Assembly: GCA_000004985.1 (NCBI GenBank)
Contig: GG738846.1
Length of the DNA stretch: 64,000 bases
DNA from: Naegleria gruberi
Lineage: Eukaryota
Reading direction: 5' to 3' (one strand)
Shown here: piece by piece, positions 10,943 to 20,927 of the stretch
Layout of the letters: each line of letters begins with the position of its first letter
Position numbering within the stretch: position 1 is the stretch's first letter
The notes under the pieces: model-generated
What the model was told of the DNA's origin: nothing
The model's input: the letters and a program-made list of their open reading frames with translations, nothing else
Databases searched by the model: none
Translations under genes and position numbers: made by a program

Positions 10943-11616
10943 TTTTTGTGATTGTAATCTCTCACCTGTTTTGAACTATAAAAGTGGAAACGAGACAGTT
11001 GACCGCTTAATGAGATATATCTTCTGATGAGGATTAAAACTTTCTCCAAAAATCATAACCCTTTGACCTACGTACTGTTTTTTAAACCTTAATTACATGC
11101 CCCTCACTATCGAACGTTTTGATTTTTAGAATAGCATTAATAATAGATACACATGCAGGCCAATCCAACAACAACCACTGAGAACAAATTCTCATCATCT
11201 TCACAAACTTCAACCCATTCTCCTCTTTGCTTTTTTATTAATTTGCCACATTAACAATAAATAATTAGGAGAATCACTCTAGCATTCTCCATTGTAATAC
11301 TCCATCACACTCTCCAGAGAAAATAATGAGTTTACCTTAACCGCCTCTTCATCAATGATCGGCCGCATCAAAGCGTTCCGCCCAAACTGTGTGTCGCCTC
11401 ACAATTTTCCCTCTTTTTGCTTGATCTTGTGTGAGCGGGCCTTTAGTTTGACCTCAACCGACACTTATTTCATTGTTGTGATTACAAAGAAGAAGGTGTG
11501 TTGGTGATGTTGTTGCTGGGAGAATAAGATTGAGCGATTGAATGAAGAATTTCCCAACAAGAAAAAACAACCACAACAAATTCCTCACAACAACCCAATT
11601 CTGAAATTATATTACA

Positions 11617-12218
11617 ATGAACAAGTTAGTTGCTTCATCTGCCTCTCGTGCTGTATTGTCAAAGAAGAGTGCTCCACTCATTTCTGCCTCATTCAAGTTT
11701 AATTCTGTTCAGAGTCAAACCAGATTTATTCAAACTTTGAGAAAGAAGAATAATCCAGGTTTCTTTGATGTTGTCTCCGGTATTGTAAGTAAACATTAAG
11801 GCTTACCCAATAACTGAAATAATATCACTATCAAATATTACTGTACATGTGTGATGTATTTTCATGTTAATAGTATGAAAACAATAATAGTTACAAACTT
11901 GACTTGAAGCCATTCGAATTCAGAGAAGGTGAACCATTCTTCTTGTACAATTATTTGGGTGTCGTCATTATTACTGTCCCAGCTACATTGGCTCTTCTCT
12001 TGTCATTTGCCTTCTTGATTTGGTACACTCTTGAAGATTCTCAAGTTACTAGAACTCGTTCAAATCCTCATCCATTCCTTGAAATTAAGAATGGTTTGGA
12101 CATGACAAAGACCTATGTTCCATTCTTGACTGGATCCATCAAGTATGGTATCTTGAATGCTGATTACAAGATGTTGTTCTGGAATGAACTTAACAGAGCC
12201 AAGAATAGAGATCTCTAA
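11617..12218 (+). CDS. Small mitochondrial-type single-pass membrane protein (~170 aa). Two exons: 11617-11784 and 11874-12218.
   Basis: The N-terminus looks like a presequence (MNKLVASSASRAVLSKKSAPLISASF), and there is one hydrophobic helix (GVVIITVPATLALLLSFAFLIWY). The intron starts with GTAAGT at 11785, ends in TTAATAG at 11873, and is phase 0 on both sides. Assigning it to a COX-IV-like family is speculative. Confidence 0.5.
11785..11873 (+). other. Spliceosomal intron (89 nt), GTAAGT...AATAG.
   Basis: There is a canonical donor right after codon 56, with an in-frame stop immediately downstream. The acceptor restores the downstream ORF frame (phase 0 on both sides). Confidence 0.6.
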
Positions 12219-12386
12219 ATCATTTAATTCAAACAGAGTTAAATAATAAATTGTACATTGTAAATAGTAAATTCTCCTTGGAAATCAAGTTATCCACTAT
12301 CTTTAGCTTCATCCAATTATACTGTTACTAAAATATTCATATCATTCCACTATTACAAGATTTAAATTGGTTAGTTTATTGTACAA

Positions 12387-13787
12387 TTAGTTAATACCAC
12401 AATAAGCATTAATAAGTTCTTCGAATATTGTTGCTTGAGAGTTATTTTGGCTTAATACAGCTTCACACAATCCTGGGAAGTCAGACTGGTAATTGTAAAG
12501 TTATATAAAAATTAGTGCCAACCAGTAGTACTTACAGATAAGCTCAAATAATCAGTCAAGAAGAGCAATAAATCAAAATCTGAAACTCGTTGAACGAATT
12601 TTTGAGATCTTCTTTCCAGAAGAACTGACTTGAGTTCCACCATATTTTGGAACATTTCATTACCTGGTCTATTTCTTGGAGGGAAGCCAACTTGGAAGCT
12701 ACTCTTGTGTGGAGCAATAGCAACGTTACTCACTAATAATAAAGCATCAATATCATTTGTCATTTTTCTTTCTATTTCGACTTGCTTCTTAGCAATTAAG
12801 AATTCTAGATTTTCTGGATTCTCCGAAAGCAAACCCTTTTCCCAAAGTTCTACACATTGTTTGCTAACTTGATAGGCTTCGAATTGAATTTCTCCAATCT
12901 CGTTTGCTATTCACATTGTATAAAATCAAAAAAAGTAAATACTACTTACGACAAGCTGTAATTGTTACAAATGAAGGGCCATATTTTGATTGATATTCTG
13001 CAGCCTTGATAATTTCAGGACCTAACAATGGATACTCTCTTTGTCCGTCATGTGAAAAAATCCAACCCACTTTCTTCATTCCCAACATGGATGCCAAAGT
13101 GTCAGCTCTATCATTAAAAACTGTATCTTCGACTTGTTTGAATCCTTCAGGCGTACTGTCTTGTTTTGGTTCAAATAATACCTTAATATAAACATCCAAA
13201 TAATCATCATCCACATTAATGTTTTCATCCTTTGTGGCCTTCTTTTTTTCTTCTTCTGTTGGTTGTGGCTTCTTTCCTTCTTTTGTTTCACCGTAGAGGA
13301 AGGCAAATCTTTGGAATTGGAATCTAGTTTGAAGGAGGAATTGTTGGAATGATTGACCTACTAATTGATCCAAATAAGCAGTCGAACAAATGGCATACTT
13401 TTGATGTTTGATTGTAATTTTAACTTGATTTACAAGATCTAAATATTCACTCAAAGTCCAATGCTTTTTTCTTTCTCTCAAACCCAAATTATCCAAATCT
13501 TCACTATCCCTAAGTTGACTCTTTTTTTCCTCTTCAACTTCTTGTTTTGATTTGTGTTGAGTAGTATCATAAACAAATTCAATCATATCACCATGTTTTA
13601 ATTGAGAACCTTGAACTGTATCAGTGTTTTTCAGTGGTGTCTTTTCGCGGAACTTGGTAACAGAAATACTTGAGTGAGGAATTGATGTTTCCTTTTCGAT
13701 GAGTTTTTTGATATCCAAAACTGTTTGATCTGCTGATAATTCTAAACGGAATGTACCGTCCTTTCCTCTTGCTCTAATCAACAACAT
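12387..13787 (-). CDS. NPL4: NPL4 (Cdc48/p97 cofactor), ~435 aa. Three exons: 13787-12950, 12906-12536 and 12485-12387. The true ATG is at 13787; the track ORF begins at GTG at 13796.
   Basis: The ubiquitin-like N-terminus (MLLIRARGKDGTFRLEL) and MPN-like core (FAFLYGE...DVYIKVLFEPKQ...LGMKKVGWIFSHD) match NPL4. Exon 2 encodes ...DFDLLLFLTDYLSLS and exon 3 ...GLCEAVLSQNN.... Confidence 0.8.
12486..12535 (-). other. Intron 2 of NPL4 (50 nt), GTAAGT...ACCAG, phase 0.
   Basis: GTAAGT follows ...LSLS, and the downstream exon encodes the conserved NPL4 C-terminal segment ending at a TAA. Confidence 0.7.
12907..12949 (-). other. Intron 1 of NPL4 (43 nt), GTAAGT...AATAG, phase 1.
   Basis: GTAAGT follows '...ITAC' plus one nt, and the acceptor restores the NPL4 frame (c|ca = Pro). 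Confidence 0.7.
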
Positions 13788-14207
13788 ATTGTACACTTAA
13801 AATTCCACTGGAAATCCTTTTCTTCGGAGAGTAATAAATTGTTTGAAAACTTGGTAATATCCAATAACTATAAAATCACACAACAATAAAAATCTTCTCG
13901 TTCTTGCGTTTCAGAGAGGCTATGAAAATTCGAGAGAGAGAGGGCACAACTTTTTCAATATCAAGATGTTCCTCTTTTTTGTTTGAAGAAAAAAATTTAA
14001 AATTAGAACAAAGCTTCCGTCTCAAAGCCTTCTCTTATCATCTTGCAAGATTACGAAGATAATAAACAGTTCGTTACCTTACCACTTTACATTGTAAAGA
14101 GTTCATAAAGTTGTTTGGAAGATATTGTTATTCTTATTGAATTTGTCCAGTATCTTGCGAGAGCAATAATAACAGATTAAAAAGAATTAAAAACAAAATA
14201 TTTAAAA

Positions 14208-14807
14208 ATGAAACAAACATCATCGCTGTCGGAAACCTTTGCATTTGTTAATAGTGATGAGGATGAACCCAAGTCGATCTTTTTGGACATTGAAAAGAGT
14301 AGTGATGAAAAATTAGCAGAGCAAGAAATTACACAAAAACGAAAGAGAAAAATAGAGGAAACAATTAATTATTTTAATTCGATTAAAAAACAAAAGAATC
14401 AACAACAGGCTAATACACCTCCATTTGATGAGGATGATATGTGTTTAATTACTTTGGAAAAGGATAATTTATTAGAGTTATCGGATTTATCGGATGATGA
14501 TAGATCAAAGAAGGATGAAACCAAGATTAATACAAAACAAGTTGTACATAACAAGGCCTCAAAATTGGATCAAGCCTTGTCGAAATTGAATGAAAAGAAA
14601 AAATCTACAATTTCACAAAGTAAACAAGATTGGAAACAATATAAAGAAAAGGAGGGAATTGAGCACGAGTTGAAACAATACACCAAAGATGGTTATTTGG
14701 AAAAGCAATCATTCCTTGAAAGAACAGAAATGAGAGAGTTTGAAATTGACAAGGATTTAAGAAATGCCGAAAGAAAGAGAAAAGAACAACAAAATGCCAA
14801 CAAGTAA
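14208..14807 (+). CDS. BCNT-C domain protein (Swc5/CFDP1 family; SWR1 or chromatin remodelling accessory subunit).
   Basis: The C-terminal ~80 aa (SKQDWKQYKEKEGIEHELKQYTKDGYLEKQSFLERTEMREFEIDKDLR) match the Bucentaur C-terminal domain. The N-terminus is acidic. Confidence 0.75.
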   Translation: MKQTSSLSETFAFVNSDEDEPKSIFLDIEKSSDEKLAEQEITQKRKRKIEETINYFNSIKKQKNQQQANTPPFDEDDMCLITLEKDNLLELSDLSDDDRSKKDETKINTKQVVHNKASKLDQALSKLNEKKKSTISQSKQDWKQYKEKEGIEHELKQYTKDGYLEKQSFLERTEMREFEIDKDLRNAERKRKEQQNANK

Positions 14808-15320
14808 CAGAATTGAGTTTATGGAACCAATGCAAGGAAAAATTCACTAACCTATCAGGTTGTAAAGTTTATACTCATTTGAATCTTTGGAGTCTGAATT
14901 GCCAAAATGAAATAACTCATCTTCAATAATTAATTACCTAAACATTTAAGTCTAACACAAACCAGAAAGTTTCTACACTTGAATATCTGCCCTTTTAGAA
15001 ATTTGGAATAAACTGTTCCAATAAACACTACCCTATTCAATATACCTAATGAAAACACATTTAAAGAATCTCCAGTTGTTAATTCATTTATTTTGATATT
15101 CGTTTCATTAGAAACTCAATGATTACCTTCAACTAAATGCAGAAAAATATCAATTATTAAATCTAACCTGAATCTTACTATATTAAAATTCTTACATTTC
15201 AACTTTCTTTCTCATTCAACATTTTACTTTGCCTAGTTTTGTTCCTCTCTTCATTCGAACCAAGTTTGTGCAAAAAAAAATTTCATCAATTTTAAATTAA
15301 GATAAAATTAATAATAAAAA

Positions 15321-16127
15321 ATGGCTCCAAAAACACCAGCTGTTGCTGTTCAAAGCAAGAAAAAAAAGGAAGGCGTAAAAAAGGAAGCTAAGCCTGAAGC
15401 TTCTGAAACTACAACAACAACAAAAGTAGTAGTATCAGAACCAACAACAACAAAAGAACCTGAATCATCAACTACAACTGAAAAAAAAAGAGGAAGAGGA
15501 AGACCATTGTTAACGGATGCTGAAAAGAAAGAAAGGAGTATCCTCAGAAAACAGGCTTATGACAAAAAAAGAGAACCCAAGAAGAATAGAGAACTCACAA
15601 ATCCATGTATTCAAAGGATAGCTCTCAAAGCTGGTGCTCACAGAGTCAATAGTGGTGTTTATGATGTTGTCAGAACAGTCTATAATGAACTTTTGGAAGA
15701 TATTCTCTATCGTTCTGCTATTTTTACTATCCACGGAAACAGAGCCATCATTAAAGCCAAAGATGTCGAGGGTGCCATCACTAGTGAATACTTATCTAAA
15801 ATCCCAAGAATTTATCCAAATGCAAAAGATGCCGAAGCTTTGGCTTCTCTGACAAAGGAAGTTGGAAAGAATGGCTCAAAGGATTACGTTGCTCGTGATG
15901 ATTCTGAAGATGAAGATGAGGAAGAATATGAACCTCAAAAGAAGAAGAAGAAGACTGTGAAGAAAGCTGCTGAAACTCATAACGATGAAGAAGAACACCA
16001 AGAAGAAGCTCCAGCCGAAGAAGAACAAGAACCAGAAGAGGAACCAGAAGAAAAGAAGCCAGCAAAGAAGTCTTCTAAGAAATCTGAAAAGACTGAAAAG
16101 AAGTCTGAAAAGAAAACCAAGAAATAG
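15321..16127 (+). CDS. Chromatin-type protein with an embedded histone-H4-like fold, an N-terminal AT-hook and charged tails.
   Basis: Residues ~95-160 (NPCIQRIALKAGAHRVNSGVYDVVRTVYNELLEDILYRSAIFTIHGNRAIIKAKDVEGAI) align position by position with histone H4 alpha1-L1-alpha2-L2-alpha3 ([59 protein letters not shown]). There is a KKRGRGRP AT-hook, and the C-terminus is a D/E run followed by a K-rich tail. Confidence 0.6.
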   Translation: MAPKTPAVAVQSKKKKEGVKKEAKPEASETTTTTKVVVSEPTTTKEPESSTTTEKKRGRGRPLLTDAEKKERSILRKQAYDKKREPKKNRELTNPCIQRIALKAGAHRVNSGVYDVVRTVYNELLEDILYRSAIFTIHGNRAIIKAKDVEGAITSEYLSKIPRIYPNAKDAEALASLTKEVGKNGSKDYVARDDSEDEDEEEYEPQKKKKKTVKKAAETHNDEEEHQEEAPAEEEQEPEEEPEEKKPAKKSSKKSEKTEKKSEKKTKK

Positions 16128-16218
16128 AATTCACAATAAATGGATTGTGTGATTGAAATGTTGCACCTAATTTTACAATTTATAAAACTACACCATTTTC
16201 AATTATTGAAAAAAAACC

Positions 16219-17277
16219 TTAATTCTGTAAAGTTCTCATAACAATATGAAACAAACCCAATTCATGATTTGTTCGGATGCAATTCACTCGATAAACGTTG
16301 AAAGTTCCTTGTAAAAAGTCGTGTGAACGTACTTTGATTTTCAATGAATAATCCCTGACAGCTCCTGGCATTGCTTTACCTGCACTCAATAAATCATAAA
16401 AAGCAATGTAATAGATAATGGATTGAACAACGGCTCCCTTAAGAACAAGTTTACCTGTCACACCCAATTGAGTAGCATAGACAATACTCATACAATTTGC
16501 GCTATATTGATCCAAATGAATATCTTGTGCTCGTCTTGCTTCTGCAGTTGTCAGTATAATTCTGATATATCTAAATGCAAGAGGGGTTTTAGGGTCATCT
16601 TGAGAAACATCAAGAAATGCAGGTGTTTGAGCTCTTGTTGTTTGGACATCATAGAGAATTTTAATTCTCTGTCTTCTTCTTTCTCTAGTTTCCATTCCAG
16701 CTCTTGTGCTTTCTTCGACATAGGTCGGTACAATCAAATGTGGCATATATTTTACAACTTCATATATTTTACCTGATGATTTCTTAATAGTTCCTTTTTC
16801 TGTTAATTCTTCTTGAATTCTCATATCTTCAGCTCTTTTGACTAGAACATCCAATTCGTCCTCAGCAGCATCACCTGCCACATTAGATTTAGAAAAATGT
16901 TCGATTATTTTCCCATTAGTTTCATTGACATCAATAGTAGTATCTAATTTCCTAAACTCTGAAATTGTTCTATCATTATCAAAGGTTGGCAAAGTTTCCA
17001 CTATTTGAATTTTGGGAGAGGGAATTTTAAATTGTCGGAAAGCCTTTTCCAATTCATCAAAATCAATTGAATTATCCACTAGTATTTGTGTTTCTCCAAA
17101 TGATTGATAATTATTATTATTATTTGCATCATGATGATTGTCATCGGAAGAATGATTTATATTTAATTCTGATGGAATTAAATGTTGAATTATTTTCTGT
17201 AACCGATGATATACTTTAGAACCAATAATTGGCGTTATTACTTGATGTTCATGATGATATTCTGTTTTGTGCGACAT
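16219..17277 (-). CDS. Conserved hypothetical protein, 352 aa: an acidic N-half and a globular C-terminal ~150-aa domain.
   Basis: A single ORF with an aaaaaaaATG start. The C-terminal region (KILYDVQTTRAQTPAFLDVSQDDPKTPLAFRYIRIILTT...GAVVQSIIYYIAFYDLL...) looks domain-like, but I recognise no family. Confidence 0.45.
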   Translation of the reverse strand: MSHKTEYHHEHQVITPIIGSKVYHRLQKIIQHLIPSELNINHSSDDNHHDANNNNNYQSFGETQILVDNSIDFDELEKAFRQFKIPSPKIQIVETLPTFDNDRTISEFRKLDTTIDVNETNGKIIEHFSKSNVAGDAAEDELDVLVKRAEDMRIQEELTEKGTIKKSSGKIYEVVKYMPHLIVPTYVEESTRAGMETRERRRQRIKILYDVQTTRAQTPAFLDVSQDDPKTPLAFRYIRIILTTAEARRAQDIHLDQYSANCMSIVYATQLGVTGKLVLKGAVVQSIIYYIAFYDLLSAGKAMPGAVRDYSLKIKVRSHDFLQGTFNVYRVNCIRTNHELGLFHIVMRTLQN

Positions 17278-17744
17278 TGAAGCATTTTTTTTGTAAGATT
17301 TATCAAAATATTCGACCTTACAAAATTAATAATTGTTGACTGACTGACTGAAAATTGAAACAAATAACTGTGCTAATAATACATTATTAATTTTTAGAAT
17401 TAATTGTTAATTATCCATTATTTATTATTGAGATAGCATGGCTATTTAACTAATCCAAATCCGGACGTTATGTTCTAAACCTGGCAATAATTGATACATC
17501 TTTAAATATTGAACCCGCGCTATCCATTTCTGTCGTAATCTAAATGATGTAATTATTGAAATTAATTTTTTTATTGTGTTAGTAGTACTGGGAAGAAGGG
17601 AGGTGAATAATGGTGAAGAAAATGTGTGGAAAGTGTTCAAATTGTACAAATATTGAAAACTCTGTGAGTGGTTCAATAATTCCATGTGATGACAAAACAT
17701 CAATATCACATTACTTTAGGAACAACCATAACAAAGCTAAATGA

Positions 17745-19084
17745 TTATTGTTGTTGACTTGATCCAGGAATAATTCCGGTAGATCCCATAGTGTTTGGAA
17801 CAGAAACACCTCCAACAGAGGCACCTGATTGTGGATCCTCAGCTCTCTTCTTATCCAGTATGACCCAATCATATTCGTAATCCATAACAAACTTTTGACG
17901 AACAAATAAATCACGGAATAACTTTCTTAAATATTGATAATCTGGCTTATCTTCAAATCCTAGAGAACGAGCATAATTGAGATAAGTGGCAAATTCAGGT
18001 GGATAACCTTCACACAAAGTCTTGATACCAGTACTAGTCTTTTTCTCACAAATTCTGTTATACTTTTCCAATTTAGTTCTGGCCTTCAATCCTTGCCATG
18101 GCAATGATCCACGATTAAAGTACATAAAGACATAACCCAAAGATTCCAAATCATCTCTTCTTGATTGTTCGATACCCAAGTGGTTGTTAATACTGGCATA
18201 ACGAGCAGTACCAGTCAAATGTTTGTTATCACGGTATGGAATGTGTACGTGCTTTGAGTCTCTGTACTTCTTGGCCAAACCGTAATCGATGAGGTAGACA
18301 ATTTCTGACTTTTTAGCAGGTCCCATCAAAAAGTTGTCTGGTTTAATATCTCTGTGGATAAAGTTCTTGGCATGCAAGTATTCTACACGTTTCAACATTT
18401 GATCAGCCAACATTAAAACAGTCTTTAAACTGAATTTACGACCACAACGGTTGAATTGTTCTTCGAGAGAGGAACCGAGAAGATCCATAACCATTACGTT
18501 GAAATCTCCTTCGATACCATACCATTTAACCTTTGGAATGCCCACAGCTTCCTCTTCCAGATAGCCAGAACGTCAAAATTATCATGATAATGGGCAGTTT
18601 AAATTTTTGAAGAGTTTGGTGTTGTTAAATATGAATGTATTGTGTTATTCATCATAACAAGTCATAGTAGTAGAAGTAAATATTACCGAGAGTAGTACAA
18701 TTGTAAGAATAGATGACGAGATTGTATACAAAAATGTTGTTATACAATATTGATGGTTGATGTAGTCATCACATCAATACAACAGAATAATAAATTTAAA
18801 ATATTATGGAATAGAGATGATAAATTCAAAGTATTAAAGGACAGGTGTTGGGCTTGTAACCAGCGTTAAAGTAAATGAAACATACCTTTCTTTGAGAGGT
18901 TCAAGAGCTTGAGCAAACGAGCTTCATAGAGAAGTTGTGGATGTTTAGCTTTTCTGTGTTCCAATTTTACAGCAACCTTTTCCAAGGTTTGCTTGTTTGT
19001 AGCAATGAAAATTTCACCAAAGGCTCCACTTCCAATCTTTTTACCGAGAACAAACTTGTCTCCAACTCTATGTTCAATAGACAT
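17745..19084 (-). CDS. CK1: Casein kinase I (CK1). Two exons: 19084-18886, then ~18553 or 18547 down to 17745.
   Basis: Exon 1 has the glycine loop and beta3 lysine ([13 protein letters not shown]...VAVKLE...[12 protein letters not shown]). Exon 2 carries the whole CK1 catalytic core ([50 protein letters not shown]). A GTATGT donor follows ...LSKK+g. The two candidate acceptors (ggaAG| or gaggaAG|) are both in phase. Confidence 0.9.
18548..18885 (-). other. CK1 intron (~332-338 nt), GTATGT donor. The acceptor is ambiguous between 18554 and 18548.
   Basis: GTATGT lies directly after exon 1. Both candidate AG acceptors preserve the CK1 frame ([10 protein letters not shown]...). Confidence 0.6.
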
Positions 19085-20077
19085 GTTGTTGTTGTTGTTG
19101 TTATTGTATTTTTAAAACGTTTTTTTTAAAACTTTGAAAGTCTCCCCTAAAGTGGTGAATGAATAAATTCTCGAAAGTGCAATGTCTTCCTTCTGCAAGT
19201 AGTTGATGATCTAAACTTTTGGCGACAAAAGAAAAGCAAGTAGTTGCCGTATTTTTTAGTGAGAGGTGATGAAAACTGGTTCAAGGTTCAAGAGCACTCA
19301 AATCGTCAATGGCATGATTCATTGAAAAATTTAATTGGCGGGAAATCTTATAATGATGGGACATGTAAGAAAGAACTCTACAGTAGTATTAGTGGTGGTG
19401 CTTACAACATTATGTAACAATTATTAATATTAGGATGAATACTTTTGCAGGTATATGTTGATAATTTATCACATTCGAATTTCCTTAATACAAATATTAA
19501 TTATTAATATTCATAGACTAACATTAATAGGAACATAAAGTGTTGAAGGGAGTGGAGGTCAAGGGATCAATATATAGTATTTAGACTTTCGTTTATAATT
19601 GAACGTCATCCTAATTCCAAAGTGAGTTCATGAAAGGGGGTGTCGAAGATTTACCATTGGGAATGCCTCTAAAAAACCAAGTATTGTGAAAAAGATGGGA
19701 GAGATTGGCTTTCCAACAAGTTCAGAAGAACTTGAAAAGAGAATTGTACCAATTGGATACTATGGAAACTTCTTTCTTTTGCTTTCTATGCTCTTATATT
19801 GGAAAAGCTTTATTACTTAACTTTAAAACTTGTGGAATACCTTGGTGAAGAATCCTAACTTTACACCAACAAAACAATCAAGTTTTAACATGCACAAACT
19901 CTCTCTCTGTTTAAAGGAAAAGCTGTGAATTATCAGAATCTCAATCATTGATGCAGATAAGGTGGAGAGTTCCAATTTCTTTAATTGTTCAAAGACTAAG
20001 GTGTTTTACAATGAATTTTCAAATGTTAAATGTGATTATAGATCTCAATTAATCAACTTTCATTACAAGTTGACAAA

Positions 20078-20770
20078 ATGAATGAAGAAAGTTATTCGAA
20101 TCCATTACTAGCTCTCCAAACTAAACTTGATACCGTACAACATTACAAACCATTTCAAGAAATTAAAAATTCAATCTCAATTAAACAAATTGATTGGGAA
20201 AAGGAATGTTTAAACATTATCATTTGTGGAGAAGGAGCTGTTGGAAAAACAACATTAATTCAAAATTATTTTATGGAGAAATTCCTGTCTTTTACAATGA
20301 TGGAGTTTATAATGAAAACTTGATTAAATATATGGATGTGGATACAAGGAAACATGTCAAGGCATTGGTGTTGTGGATACTGAAGGTCAAGAGTAAGTTG
20401 GTTGAAAATTTTCCAATTGACCAGTGTGAGAAAATTAGAGATTATGATCGATTGAGACCTCTTACATATCCAGAAACAGATTTGTTTTGTATTTGTTTCA
20501 AGAATACGATCTAGGTCTTTCAATAAGATTCCATCTCGGTGGTTTCCAGAAATTAATCATCACTTGCCAAATTCTCCAATTGTTTTGGTGGCCTGCAAGA
20601 TTGACTTGTCAAGAGATGAAGAAATGAAACGAATGAGATATAGATATTTTGATTCTCCAGTTAAACATGAAGATGCTATTAAAATGGCCGAGAATATTGG
20701 AGCAGTAACATATATTGAAACATCAGCTACAGGAGGGAAATATTTCAGATTTTGCAGAGATTATTACTAA
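20078..20770 (+). pseudogene. Rho/Rac-family small GTPase. One real 46-nt intron (20393-20438), plus three 1-nt frame breaks, so the sequence is either a pseudogene or carries homopolymer errors. There is no CAAX box.
   Basis: The P-loop GEGAVGKT is in frame A. FYGEIPVFYNDG...KHVKALVLW is in frame B (break at T-run ~20269-72). DTEGQE is in frame C (break at GG 20375-76). After GTAAGT...TTAG, DYDRLRPLTYPETDLFCICF is back in frame B. SRIRSRSFNKIPSRWFPEINHHLPNSPIVLVACKIDL...ETSAT is in frame A (break at TTT ~20495-97). The reconstructed protein aligns along its length with Rac1. Confidence 0.7.
20393..20438 (+). other. Intron of the Rho GTPase gene (46 nt), GTAAGT...ATTAG, phase 2.
   Basis: Splicing joins DTEGQ-E to DYDRLRPL exactly as in Rac/Rho (GQEDYDRLRPLSYP). 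Confidence 0.75.
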
Positions 20771-20927
20771 ATCATATACCATGTTTAGAGATGCCAATTA
20801 TCCAAAGTCAAAGTCAACGAAGAAGAAGAAGAAATGTGCTATTTGTTAGATTTCAACAATCCAAAATCTCTTCAATGTTGATTTTTGAATTTTCTTCTCC
20901 AATTAATAATCATCATCATGATTACTA

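Noticed and set aside
10798-11049. 83-aa minus-strand ORF overlapping the 5' end of the Sel1-repeat gene.
   Set aside because: It is in a different frame from the well-supported Sel1 CDS, whose ATG with a caaaaaATG context sits at 10942. Its translation has no recognisable features.
17446-17914. Minus-strand ORFs 17446-17709 and 17711-17914 between the 16219 gene and CK1.
   Set aside because: The second overlaps the CK1 3' end in another frame. Neither has a start context or any domain-like sequence, and the region is better read as the CK1 3' UTR plus the promoter of the upstream gene.
20078-20770. Programmed ribosomal frameshifting (Euplotes-like) in the Rho gene.
   Set aside because: There are no AAA-TAA/TAG shifty-stop motifs. 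The shifts are ±1 at plain homopolymers, the same signature occurs in two other genes, and the assembly contains N-gaps. Sequencing error or a pseudogene is more parsimonious.
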